This document shows, piece by piece, positions 9,930 to 22,400 of a DNA stretch of 64,000 nucleotides. The notes beneath the pieces are model-generated. The model saw only the letters and a list, made by a program, of their open reading frames with translations, was not told the origin of the DNA and ran no database searches. Origin of the DNA: Anolis carolinensis (Eukaryota); NCBI RefSeq assembly GCF_035594765.1, contig NC_085844.1, positions 256,118,812 to 256,182,811 of the forward strand, written 5' to 3'. Each line of letters starts with the position of its first letter. Position 1 is the stretch's first letter. A program made the translations under genes and the position numbers.

Positions 9930-11830
9930 GCGCTTATGACGGAGGTGGGACTGTGAGAAGGGCCTCCCCAGCGGATCTTAAAGTCCGAACAGGTTCATAG
10001 GGAGAGATGCGGTCACGTAAATGGGCTTGACCCGAACCATATAGGGATTTGCAGGACATAACTTGCACTTTGAATTGGGCCCGGAAACATATACACAGCT
10101 GCTTTAATGGGAGGGGGGTAGTATGTACCCTATAGTTTGCTACAGTCAGCAACCTGGCCACAGATCTTTGTACTGGTTGTAGTTCCCAGGTCATCTTCAG
10201 AGGCAGCCCCACGTAGAGAGCATTGCAGTAATCCATCCGAGACTGCGATTTCCTGTTTCTTGGCAGGGGGTGGACTGGATGGCCCATGAGGTCTCTTCCA
10301 ACTCTACTATTCTATGATTCTAGATGTAACTAAGGCATGGACCACTGTGGCCAGATCTGGCTTTTTGAGGTAGGGGTACAGTTGGCACGCAAGTTTTAAT
10401 TGTGCAAAGACCCTCCCGGCCACTGGCCACGTCTGGGCTTCCAGGATCAGTGCTGGGTACAGGAGGAGCCCCAGACTGCGATCCTGTGTCCTCGGGGGAC
10501 TGTGACCCCTTCAAGTGCAGGTTGCCACCCTAGACCCCTACTGACTGGGAGGGCCTCTGTCATGTCTGGATTAAGGTTCAGCTTGTTAGCCCTCATCCAG
10601 CCCATCACAGCTGTCAGGCACTGGTCCAGGACCTGGGGAGCTTCCTTGGATTTGGGTGGAAATGAGTAAAAGAGTCGGGCGTCATCTGCATACAGATGAC
10701 ACCAAACTCCAAAATTCCGGATGAGCTCACCCAGCAGTTTCGTGTAGGTGTTAAAGAGCATGGGGGAAAGAATGAAACCTTGTGGGACTCCACAGGCCAA
10801 TGGCCAGGTGTCTGAGCAAGTATCCTGCAGCACCACCATCTGGGTCCGATCCTCCAGGAACGAGCGGAGTCACAGCAAGGGAGTGCCCCCAAATCCCCTC
10901 CCGGAGAGGTGGCCCAGAAGGATCCCATGGTCAATGGTATTGAAAACTGCTGAGAGATCCAGGAGGACTAGCAGGGACACACTCCCCCTGTCTAGTTCTC
11001 TGCAGAGGTCATCCACCAAAGCTGTTTCCGTCCCATGACCAGGTTTAAACCCAGTCTGTGATGGGTCAAGATAATCGGTTTCGTCCCTGGAGTTGAGTAG
11101 CCACCACCAGCTCTAGAAACTTGCCCAAGAAGGGAGATTGGAAATAGGTGAATATTTGTTTAATACCCAAGGGTCCAGAGACAATTTTTTCAAATTTGGT
11201 CTTTTTTATCATGTTAGAAGCGACTTGAGAACATGCTGCAAGTCGCTTCTGGTGTGAGATATTACCCAGGGGATGCACAGATATATGACCATCCTGCTGG
11301 GAGACTTCTCTCATGTCCCGCAAGCTAGAGCTAACAGACGGGAGCTCACGTCATCTCATGGATTACAACCACCTCTTTCAGGGATGTTGGAATCTAGACC
11401 TGACCCAACAAGGCATTTACAATCCTTGTAATCCATTCGGCCAATCCCCCTCTGCTTAATTTAATAAGCCAGGAGGGGCAAGGGTCTAGCATGTATGTGA
11501 TCATTCTCACAGCTTGAAGAATCTTCTCCACGTCATCAGGCTGAACAAACTGAAACGAGTCCACAAAAATAGGACAAACAGGTGCCTTGGGTACATTTAT
11601 TGGTACTGCCGCAATGCTGGAGTCTCTGCATCCCATCCTGGGGCTCATTTGAGGGATGAACTTCCCAACAAGCCTCAATGTGGGTTTGAATTTGTTGGTT
11701 GGGGAGGAAAGGTCTGAACTGATGGCAGGATTCCTTTGGGAAAAGGCAGGGAATTTGGTGGCAGCAGACGTCTAATTTGGGGTGCTCAGAAAGCAGTCCT
11801 GGGAGCCCTGTAATCTTTGTGGCCCTCAGC
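9930..11830 (-). mobile_element. Degenerate L2 ORF2 remnant with nested short insertions (CR1 tail about 10260-10320; another repeat about 11212-11375)
   Basis: Frameshifted RT pieces GVPQGFILSP, HLYADD, MRANKLNLNP, MDYCNALYVGLP, LDPCPSWLIK. A paralogous remnant lies at 35960-36790. Confidence 0.85.
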
Positions 11831-12007
11831 ATTTAGCACATCCTCGTCATTCAGAGAAACCCATTATCCAGTGAGTGACACCCTTTATTACTGAAAAGAA
11901 CTGTTCCCTCCTTTCTGCCTGCCTGCATCACATTCCTTTGTCCACATTTGTGTTCAACCCAATGAAATCAATCTGATGCTCTTTCTTCTGTTATTAATTT
12001 CTTTCTT

Positions 12008-12335
12008 CCGGTGGTGAAGTGCGTTAAAGCGCTGAGCTGCTGAACTTGCAGACCGAAAGGTCCCAGGTTCAAATCCCAGGAGCGGCTTGAGCGCCCGCTG
12101 ATACCTCCAGCTCCTGCCAACCTAGCAGTTCGAAAACATGCAAATGTGAGTAGATCAATAGGTACCGCTCCGGCGGGAAGTTAACGGCGCTCCATGCAGT
12201 CATGCCAGCGGCCACATGACCTTGGAGGTGTCTACGGACAATGGCGGCTCTTTGGCTTAGAAATGGAGATGAGCACCAACCCCCAGAGTCAGACATGACT
12301 GGACTTAACGTCAGGGGAAACCTTTACATTTACCT
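12008..12335 (+). mobile_element. Sauria SINE
   Basis: tRNA-like head with B box GGTTCAAATCC, body ctcctgccaacctagcagttcgaaaacatgcaaatg, ACCTTT-type tail. Confidence 0.88.
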
Positions 12336-12729
12336 ACCACTTCCTTTTGTTCTTTCCTTCTATATTCATTCTTTTTTAAGAATCAGTTATTACATTTGCT
12401 GGTATTTCTGTATGCGCTTGAGACACTGATGCCTGCATTTCTTGGTGTTTCCATTTTCAATATGACGTATGAAGGTTTAGGGGGAAAATCTTGGAGGTAA
12501 AGAAGTTTTCTGGCTTTCATCTTTGACCTTTGGCTTCTTTCTTGACCAGGGAAAACGAGGATTCTGTGGAGCCACTTCTTGAGTGCAGTAAGGAAACCAA
12601 TAATATTGGAAGAAGAATTCCTCTCAAGGTGATGACCTTGCTGAATTCCTGATCTCTCTTACAGAGAAGAAAGGAAGAAAGAAGAGTCAAATATCTGTAT
12701 TGCAATTAAACACCCATATCACTGTTGAC

Positions 12730-14883
12730 ATGACTGAGAAAGTATCTGAATGCCCGGAGTGTGGAAAGAGTTTCACTCGGAAGCATGATCTGCAACGACA
12801 TGAAAGGATTCACACTGGGGAAAAGCCGTATACATGCCTGGAGTGCGGAAAGGGATTCACTCATAGCTCAGGTCTGTGTTCACATCAACGGACTCACACT
12901 GGGGAAAAGGCCTATATATGCCTGGAGTGCGGAAAGAGCTTCACTGAGAGTCGAAGCTTACGTTTGCATCAAGGGACTCACACTGGAGACAAACCCTATA
13001 CATGCCAGGAGTGTGGAACAAGTTACACTCGGAAGCATCATCTGCAGGAACATGAAAGGACTCACACTGGGGAAAAACCCTATATATGCCTAGAATGCGG
13101 AAAGAGTTTCACTCGGAAGCATCATCTGCAGCAACATGAAAGGACTCACACTGGGGAAAAACCCTATACATGCCTGGAGTGCGGAAAGAGCTTCAGTGAG
13201 AGTGGAAGCCTACGTGTGCATCAAGGGACTCACACTGGAGAGAAACCCTATACATGCCTGGAGTGTGGACAGAGCTTTATTCAGAGATCAGGTCTACGTT
13301 CACATCAACGAACTCACACTGGAGAGAAACCCTATACATGCCTGGAGTGTGGAAAGAGTTTCACTCAGAGACATAATCTGCAGCAACATGAAAGGACTCA
13401 CACTGGAGAGAAACCTTATACATGCCTGGAGTGTGAACAGAGCTTCACTCATAGTTCAGGTCTACGTTCACATCAACGGACTCACACTGGGGAGAAACCC
13501 TATAAATGCCTGGAGTGTGGAAAGAGTTTCACTCATAGTTCAGCTCTACGTAAACATCAACGGACTCACACTGGGGAAAAACCATATACATGCCTGGAGT
13601 GTGGAAAGAGTTTCACTCAGAGGCAGAATCTGCAGCAACATGAAAGGACTCACACTCGAGAGAAACCTTATACATGCCTGGAATGTGGACAGAGATTTAT
13701 TAAGAGTTCAGGTTTACAGTCACATCAACGGACTCACACTGGGGAAAAACCCTATACATGCCTAGAGTGCAGAAAGAGTTTCACTCATAGGCAAAATCTG
13801 CAGCAACATGAAAGGATTCACACTGGAGAAAAACCCTATACATGCCTGGATTGTGGAAAGAGCTTTATACAGAGTTCAGGTCTACGTTCACATCAAAAGA
13901 CTCACACTGGGGAAAAACCCTATACATGCCTGGAGTGTGGAAAGAGTTTCACTCAGAAGCAGAATCTGCAACAACATGAAAGGACTCACACTGGAGAAAA
14001 ACCCTATACATGCCTGGAGTGTGGACAGAGCTTCACTGATTTTTCAGGTCTACGTTCACATCAACGGACTCACAGTGGGGAAAAATCCTATACATGCCTG
14101 GATTGTGGACAGAGCTTCACTCATAGTTCAGGTCTACGTTCACATCAACGGACTCACACTGGGGAAAAACCCTATACATGCCTGGAGTGCGGAAAGAGTT
14201 TCACTCGGAGGGATTATCTGCAGCAACATGAAAGGAGTCACACTGGGGAGAAACCCTATACATGCCTTGAGTGCGGAAAGAGCTTCACTGGGAGTGGAAA
14301 GCTACGTTTGCATCAAAGGACTCACACTGGGGAGAAACCCTATACATGCCTGGTGTGTGGAAAGTGTTTCCCTCAGAGGCATCATCTGCAGCAACATGAA
14401 AGGACTCACACTGGAGAGAAACCCTATACATGCCTAGAGTGCGGAAAGTGTTTGGCTGATAATAGAAGCCTACGCTCACATCAACGGATTCACACTGGAG
14501 AGAAACCCTATACATGCCTGGAGTGTGGCCAGAGCTTCAGTCATAGATTTAGTCTATGTTTACATCAACGGACTCACACTGGGGAAAAACCCTATACATG
14601 CCTGGAGTGCGGAAAGAGCTTCACTGAGAGTGGAAGCCTACGTTCGCATCAACGGACTCACACTGGAGAGAAACCCTATAAATGCCTGGAGTGTGGAAAG
14701 AGCTTCACTCAGAGTTCAGGCCTACGTTCACATCAACGGACTCATACTGGGGAGAAACCCTATACTTGCCTGGAGTGTGGACAGAGTTTCACTCAGAGGC
14801 ATCATCTGCAGCAACATGAAAGGACTCATACTGGAGAGAAACCTTATACATGTCAAACCACGGTTAGTAGTACGCCCGTATAG
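12730..14883 (+). CDS. C2H2 zinc-finger protein, 25 tandem fingers (ZNF gene 1)
   Basis: CxxC-12-HxxxH fingers with TGEKPY linkers on an 84-bp unit. The frame is open from 12604; the first ATG is at 12730. The array breaks off after YTC at about 14853. Confidence 0.88.
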   Translation: MTEKVSECPECGKSFTRKHDLQRHERIHTGEKPYTCLECGKGFTHSSGLCSHQRTHTGEKAYICLECGKSFTESRSLRLHQGTHTGDKPYTCQECGTSYTRKHHLQEHERTHTGEKPYICLECGKSFTRKHHLQQHERTHTGEKPYTCLECGKSFSESGSLRVHQGTHTGEKPYTCLECGQSFIQRSGLRSHQRTHTGEKPYTCLECGKSFTQRHNLQQHERTHTGEKPYTCLECEQSFTHSSGLRSHQRTHTGEKPYKCLECGKSFTHSSALRKHQRTHTGEKPYTCLECGKSFTQRQNLQQHERTHTREKPYTCLECGQRFIKSSGLQSHQRTHTGEKPYTCLECRKSFTHRQNLQQHERIHTGEKPYTCLDCGKSFIQSSGLRSHQKTHTGEKPYTCLECGKSFTQKQNLQQHERTHTGEKPYTCLECGQSFTDFSGLRSHQRTHSGEKSYTCLDCGQSFTHSSGLRSHQRTHTGEKPYTCLECGKSFTRRDYLQQHERSHTGEKPYTCLECGKSFTGSGKLRLHQRTHTGEKPYTCLVCGKCFPQRHHLQQHERTHTGEKPYTCLECGKCLADNRSLRSHQRIHTGEKPYTCLECGQSFSHRFSLCLHQRTHTGEKPYTCLECGKSFTESGSLRSHQRTHTGEKPYKCLECGKSFTQSSGLRSHQRTHTGEKPYTCLECGQSFTQRHHLQQHERTHTGEKPYTCQTTVSSTPV

Positions 14884-15045
14884 TTTGATTTGCAGAGTGA
14901 GGAAGATTGTTAGCCTTTATCCTGTGAAGGATATAACAGCCCCTTTTTACTCTGGGTTTCCCTGAACTCAAACCCTAACGAAGGAAAAAAAAAAAACACT
15001 TTAGTTTCTACTTTAAAGCATAGCTGGACTAAAGTTTCTACTTTA

Positions 15046-15259
15046 GGCCGGGCTGTGGCGCAGGCTGGATAGCAAGCCAGCTGCAACAAATCACTCTGAC
15101 CAAGAGGTCATGAGTTCGAGGCCAGCCCGTGCCTGCGTCTTGTCTATGTTCTATGTTATGGCATTGAATGTTTGACTTTATGTGTGCAATGTGGTCCGCC
15201 CTGAGTCCCCTTTGGGGTGAGAAGGGCGGAATATAAATGCTGTAAATAAGTAAATAAAT
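15046..15259 (+). mobile_element. tRNA-derived SINE with L2-type tail
   Basis: Head ggccgggctgtggcgcag...gagttcgaggcc; tail ccgccctgagtcccc...gaagggcggaatataaat(aaat)n. Confidence 0.75.
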
Positions 15260-16029
15260 TCACTTAAAAATAAGAAAAATTTACAGCACAATTCATAGCA
15301 GCTTTCCTTAGCACATTGAAATACAAACAAATACTCAGTACAGTAGTACCTAACAGCCAACACCAGTGGCTAGCAGTCAGTACCCACTGGTAAATAGCCA
15401 ATAAACAGGTATAAAATATAAACTTATATTGAATTTAATACAATAAGTACAGAATTTACAATATAATGTTAATGCTCCATACATCAAAATGAATATAATA
15501 CCAAATAATGCTTCCTCCATACATAAATTTGCCACCTGTGAAATCAGTCAGTTGAACCAAAGAGCATGTAGAACACACGACCAGTTTTGACTCTTAGTCT
15601 TCCTCGGGTGAATTTATCTGAGAAAATTATAATGAATTAACAGGAGCGTATAACATATCCACACAAATACAGTTATAAATCTGATATAAGTACTCAGAAT
15701 TGTACATTCACATGAAACTCCCTTTACATTCCTCTCTCAAGTTTGTGTTCTTAGATATTTTTTCAATGGTGGGTACTGAACAAAAAGAACAAACAGTGGC
15801 TATAACAAAATCAAAAGCTTAAAATGTCAGTTTCAAAAGTTTATATACATATCTGTATACACACAGTGTCTGTGAATTTATGTATTTCTGCAACACTCTT
15901 CTGACTCTCTGTTAGTTCTTATTGCGAGTATAGAATGTTCTTTGGGATCACCTGTAATATAATGGGAAAAATTATCATCAGGTGGGATGATTTCAAGTAC
16001 CAGCTAGACTGTATGTATCCATTTAAAGT

Positions 16030-16064
16030 GATACTACACTTGATCTTAGCCAAAAGGCCGAGAA
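16030..16064 (-). pseudogene. RNU2: U2 snRNA 5' fragment (about nt 6-40) within a TSD-flanked chimeric retrocopy
   Basis: The reverse complement reads TTCTCGGCCTTTTGGCTAAGATCAAGTGTAGTATC, matching the U2 5' end including the branch-recognition GUAGUA. TSD TATCCATTTAAAGTG(A) at about 16016-16031 and 16173-16188. Confidence 0.85.
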
Positions 16065-16203
16065 ACTTGCTCTTTTATCTGACTTTTATGGGAACTGCGA
16101 TTCCCCTTTCGGGCACCTATGCCCATTTCTATATATTCTGGTCATAGACCGTAATAAATTGCTACAATAGGCTATCCATTTAAAGTGAGAAGGAGTTACT
16201 GAA

Positions 16204-17323
16204 TGTCAAGAGTCAGACGCCAGTTAACATACAAAACAGAGTTTATTCCGAAGATAAGCCAGAAAATAACATAAACACAGGAAATATCCTTGAAACACTT
16301 CACTTTTCAGTGTTTCGAGAGTAGATTGGACAATAATAACTCAAAAACGAGCCACGCTAATTTCCCATGCTGGCATTCAATAAAAAATTAAATAACGCTT
16401 CAATTCAGCTTTGGAAAACAAATAGAGTTAATTGCTGGAAAATAAACAAACTAGAAAAGCAATAAAGCTGCTTCCACGGTGCAGATAAGCTGAAAGCCTC
16501 AAAGGGATGATGAATAGCCGTCGTCAGAGGAATCCAAGGTCAGGTCAGGAGGCAGCAGAAATTCCGAAAGACAAACCAATAGTCAGAAGCCGGGAGTAGC
16601 CGTCAGTCAGAGGGTGTAGACAGAAGCCAGGTCAAATTCAATCCAAAGTCCGAAGAGGGTGCAGTCATCCAAAACAGGTCCACGATAAGACACAGCGAGA
16701 GCCAAGCTAGGTGATATCAGCAGATTCAAATCATAGTCCAAGTCCAGTCTTCATGGAAACACAGAGATCCCAATGGCGCCTCAGCAACACCTTGCCACAC
16801 GCAAAGTGCAGTGGCCAAACATTCCCATTTTATTCCCCTTCCTCCTAGGTGACCAAACACTCACACCCAAACACCAGGTGTCCCAAATCTACTCAGAGTC
16901 TGAACTCCACACAGCTAGAGCTCGTGGATCTGGAGTACCTAGCAATTCGTCGGAGTCCCAATCATCCTGCCCACACTTAGCCCCATGAACACTTAAAATC
17001 ATAGAATCATAGAACCATCCTCCCTTCTCCAAGCATCCCAATTGGGATCAGCTCCTGCAGAAACCCCAGGTTCAGAAGTATCCATAGGCCCCAAATCCCC
17101 AGACATCTCCGGTGGCTGTGCCCATTCAGTGCCCGCTTCCCCAGCCACCACCTGTTCCTCAGCATCCATCTCCCCATCTGAATCTTCCTCAGAAGATCCC
17201 CCATATAGCTCTCTAAGTCGCTTCCTGCGCAACTCCTCCAGTGAACCCTCATCACGAGGGTTTTTTCTTCCTCTTCGAATTCCATCACCATCAACCATAA
17301 TCCCCGAAGGCGCAGTCACAACA
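16204..17323 (-). mobile_element. Solo LTR (about 1.1 kb, probably gypsy)
   Basis: TG...CA ends, 5-bp TSD CTGAA (16199-16203 and 17324-17328), minus-strand AATAAA near 16242. Confidence 0.8.
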
Positions 17324-17664
17324 CTGAATATAATGATATATATGCCTACAACCACCAGATGGGGCTGATTGTATTCACAGTATAGTTGTAATTTATAGTA
17401 TGTTAAATTTACCAAAGTACAGGCTCACATGAAGCAACATTTAGACCACAAGGGTGCTCAATTTGTAACTTGAACATCCAGTACGATTATCTTTATAAGA
17501 ATTTAGTATTGTAATCCATATGTTTAGGTTGTGTCACCACTTCTAATATGTGAAATTTAAATGATTCTGAGCTGTGTTGTTGATCATGAAAGTGTTTGTA
17601 GAGTATCGATTATCTAGACTGATTCCTGATTCTGCTTTTGTGTTCAATAATCCTGGATTTTACT

Positions 17665-18140
17665 GCCCGTTGTCCAAACGTATCTCCTCCTATGAGCCAG
17701 GAAGATCCCTAAGGTCATCTGGTGAGGCCCTGCTCTCGATCCCACCTGCGTCACAAGTGCGGCTGGCGGGAACGAGAGACAGGGCCTTTTCGGTGGTGGC
17801 TCCCCGGCTGTGGAACACCCTCCCCAGAGATATATGACAAGCACCAACCCTTTTGAGCTTTAGAAGAGCGCTAAAAACATGGCTGTGTGCTCAGACCTTT
17901 AATGAATAAACAACAAAGACTACCTGGACTGATTTATGGATAAAGCATGAGGATCTTGGATGAACGGATTTAACCATATGTCTTATATTTTATTTTGTAT
18001 TTAATTGTTCTTAATGGATTTTATATATTGTTACGATTTTAACTATGTTGTCGACATCAAATTGGTGCCAATTGTGTAAGCTGCCCTGAGTCCCTCCGGG
18101 TGAGAAGGGCGGGATATAAATGCTGGAAATAAATAAATAA
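17665..18140 (+). mobile_element. L2 3' fragment inserted in the Penelope remnant
   Basis: YEPGRSLRSSGEALL...RAFSVVAPRLWNTLP, followed by the L2 3' stem-loop and an (AAAT)n tail. Confidence 0.8.
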
Positions 18141-19496
18141 CTCCCTTTGTACTACAAGTAGCACAGTGGGTGTATTTAAAAGCTGAATGTGGATCTATGA
18201 ATGTTTTTGAGGCTAGCAATTGAAAACATACAGAGCAATGGTGACATGGGTAATTCCCTACTAAATTAGGTTTCGTAAGATTTATGTTGTGGACAATATC
18301 GAAGTGGACTAGTATATTCTTAATGTTTTTTGTTCTCTTGTATACAATTAAAGGGGGTCTTTCCCATCCTGGGATATCACTAATCAAATTCCAGTATTTT
18401 TTAACCATTTTGATGGCAATATTAGACATGTTCATAAGGGTGAGTGGCCATATCAAGCTCTCTACTCTATGTCTAGTCTTGCCTTTAAGTAATATATTTC
18501 TTGGTATATTGGATGCGTTTTAAAAAGCGGATTGAATTATGTGCTCAGGATAGCCCCGATTTCTAAATTGAGATTTAACCACTACTACCTCCTAATTGAA
18601 GTCATTTTGTGAAGAGGAATTACTTAATCCTAAACATCTGTACAAAGGGTAAGTTATTCTTCAAAGCCCAGTGATGGTAGTTGTTATAATGTAGTAAAAC
18701 ATTTATGTCTGTGGATTTATGATTTCTAACTTTCAATTATTCATTCTCTTTTATAACTCAAACATCCAAGAAGACTACAGATGTAGAACTAATGTTTCCT
18801 TTGAATGTAATGTTGGGGTGAATTTATTAATACATGACAATAGTTGTTTCACAGCTTGATGGGACTTAATGATGATAAAAATATCATCTATGAATCTGCA
18901 GTATTTACTTACACTGTCTGCAGTACGGTTGTGAGTGTGATTAAGAATGAAGTTGCATTCTAGATTATCCATGAATTGATTGGCTATAGAACAGGCCATG
19001 GGGCTCCCCAAAGCTACCCCTTGTTCTTGAAAGTAAAATTTCTGATCAAACTTGAAATAATTTTCTCTAGTTCAATATCAATTAGGTCTAACCAAAAATG
19101 TGTAGGAGGCTGACAATTAGCCCTTTTATTCAAAGTTAATTCACATATGTCAGCTCACCACAGCCGCTCCTGAATGAACACACGAGACTCTCTGTGGTAT
19201 CACCAGGAACTTTTACTGTAGGAAACATGAACATCAGAAAAGCCAAGAATGGGAGGCTCCGGCCAACCCTCCTTTATATACCCTCCCCCTCATTTGAACA
19301 GTCTCTTCCCGCTCAGTAAAACCCCGCGCAAATTCCCCGCCAAGTCCATCAGCCGTTTCTCCTCCGAGTCCTGGGACGCAGGTGTCTTATCAATGTCAGT
19401 GACCCTGAAACTCAGAGCCACATCCAGGCTCTAGTAGCAGGGTTCTGACATGGCGTCCTCCTCCCCTTCGTCCTGGAAGGAAAAGATTAAACACAA

Positions 19497-22400
19497 CTAT
19501 TGTTCTCCGCTGTCCAGAGTTCCTTTATACTTTTTTAACAGGCTGCAATGGAATACCGGGTGTACCTTTCCTAGGTCCTTTGGTAGCCTCAGCTCATAGG
19601 TCACTTCGTTTATTCTTTTTGCTACCCTGAATGGCCCTATATAGCGTGGAGCCAATTTCTTGGATGGGAACCCCAATTTCAGGTTTTTTGTGCTCAGCCA
19701 AACCAGATCTCCTTCGCCCAATTTGTCCCCCTCTCGGCGCCTACGATCCGCAAAGAGCTTGTACTTCTTTTGTGTTTCCCGCAATGCCTCTACCACGGTT
19801 TGCCACCCTTGCTTGATTTTGGCCGGCCATTCCTCGTCGGTCTGGCCCTCCCCTTCCTTCCACTCGGGTAGCCTGGGGAAAGGTGCCACCTCCTGTCCGT
19901 ATACTATTTCGAATGGGGCACGACCTGTGGCCGAATGTACGGCCCCGTTAAAAGCCATCTCAGCAAACGGAAGAAGGTCCGCCCAATCATCCTGTCTATA
20001 ATTGGTGTACATCCTTAAGAATTGGCACAGTGTCTGTTGGGTACGTTCGACCCCCCCGTTGGTCGCGGGATGAAAGGCCGAGCTCAGGTTCCTTTCTGCT
20101 CCTAACAGCTGTAAGAATTTTCCCCAAAATTTTGCAGTAAATTGGACTCCCCGGTCACTAATTATCTTGTCGGGACACCCATGTAGGCGATATACATGCT
20201 TCACATACAAATCAGCAAGTTTTTCAGCTGAAGGGAGTTTTGGCAGAGCCACAAAGTGTGCCTGTTTTGAGAATAGGTCCAATATTGTCCAAATGTATCT
20301 GTGGCCTCTGCTGGGGGGTAGTTCGCCTACAAAATCCATGGCTACGCATTCCCATGGCCTCATGGGCTCCACCACCTTCTGCAATAGCCCCTGGGGCTTC
20401 CCCGGTGGTGTTTTTCCCTCTGCACATAATTCACACTGCGTGACGTATCCCCTGGCGTCTTTCCTCATTCCGGGCCACCAGCATTGTTTGGCCAACAGTT
20501 TAATAGTCCTGGTGGGGCCTAGATGACCCGCACCCTTGTTATCATGGTACTTCCTTAACATTTCTCGTCTTAAACATTCAGGAATATACAATTTCTTATT
20601 TACAAACACCAAATCCCCACACAATTCTCCCTTTTCTTTGTTTGTTTGTAACCATTTGTCCATTCCATACGCTCGCTTCAACTCTTCCTCCCATATTTCT
20701 CCTCCCCCCGTGGAAATGGCAGTACGTTTGTTTTCTTTGGCCGCTTGTGCTCGAGTTAGTACTGCCAGGCCCCATTGCTTATCAAGAAAAATACTCCCTT
20801 CAGATTCCTGAATTCCTCCCCCGTGCTGAGGCATCCGAGAGAGAGCGTCAGCGAGTATATTATGTTTCCCCTGGAAGAATCTGAGTCTGAAATCAAAACG
20901 GCTGAAATATTGGGCCCATCTAATTTGCTTCGCTGATAGTTTACGAGGGGATCTTAGATACTGTAAATTTCTATGGTCAGTCCACACCTCAAACGGTGTT
21001 CCACTTCCTTCCAGAAAGTGTCTCCAGCACTCTAGTGCTTTTAGAATCGCTAAGGCTTCTCTCTCCCAAATCGGCCAGTTTTTTTCTGTATCGCTAAACT
21101 TTTTTGACAGATAGCCACATGGCTTCAGGTTCCCCCCCTCGTCTTTCTGTAGCAGAACTGCCCCATATGCCCGGTCTGACGCATCGCAATGTAATACAAA
21201 GGCTTTAGACATATCAGGGTGCTGTAGGACAGGCTCCTCAGTAAAACGCTTTTTAAGGGCTTCGAAAGCTTCCTGGCATTCCATTGTCCAGGCCAGTTTG
21301 GCCCCTGGGGCCTTCACTTTGGCTGTTTCTCCCCTACCTTTAGTCTTTAACAAATCCGTTAATGGCAAAGTGAGGCGCGCAAAGTCCTTGATAAATGTTC
21401 TATAGAAGTTTGCGAACCCTAGGAAGGATTGCAGCTGCTTCCGTGTTTTGGGGGCTTCCCACCCCCTCACGTCTTCTACCTTCGCAGGGTCCATCGCCAC
21501 TCCCTGGGAGGAAATCCTATACCCCAGAAAGTCTATCTGGTCTTTATTGAACTCGCACTTGGCAAGCTTCGCATACAGTTTTGCTTCTCTCAACTTTTGC
21601 AGGACTTCCCTGACTAGTTCTATGTGTTGCTCCTTAGTCCGAGATACTAACAATATGTCATCTAAAAAAACAAAGACTCCCTTGTACAACAATGGATGCA
21701 ACACTTCGTTGATTAATTGCATGAACGCGGCGCCTCCGCCGCACAAACCGAAAGGGAGCACACGATAATTGAATAATCCGAATGCACAGGAGAAGGCCGT
21801 CTTCCACCTGTCCTCTGGTTTAATCTGCAATTTATGGTACGCTTCAATTAAGTCCAATTTAGTGAATATCTGTCCCTCCGATAACTGGGCGATCAAGTCC
21901 TTCACTAAAGGTAGGGGGTATTTATTTCCAGAACTGATTGCATTCAGGCCCCTGTAGTCAATGCAGAGCCTCAGCGTTTGGTCCTTTTTGCGCCTGAACA
22001 ACACAGGCGCCCCTAGAGGGGAATTTGAAGGCTCTATGAAACCCCTCGCTAGGTTTTTATCAATGTATTTTCTCAGTTCCTCCTTTTCCCTAGCCGACAT
22101 TGGGTATATTTTTGCCTTAGGAAGCTCTGCTCCTGGGACTAGCTCTATCTTCACTTCAACTCTCCGCTTCGGTGGGAAACTGTCTGCTTCCTTCTCATCA
22201 AATACGTCCACAAAATCCCGATACTCTGGGGGTAATTTATCTGCCAGTTCTGCTATCCTGATAGAGTCTTCCTCCCCCCTTTTCCCCGGCTCCCTTTCCA
22301 CTTCCTGGCTCCCTCCTTCCAACTTCATCCTGAAGATCATGCTCTTATCCTCCCAGTTGATTTGCGGGTTGGCCTGCCCCAGCCATGGCATGCCTAGTAT

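Noticed and set aside
12008-12085. tRNA gene (also 15046-15125)
   Set aside because: The A/B boxes are SINE heads that continue into SINE bodies.
12750-14850. Regular 84-bp repeats with variable cores resembling a CRISPR array
   Set aside because: These are coding zinc-finger units in a vertebrate locus; no cas genes.
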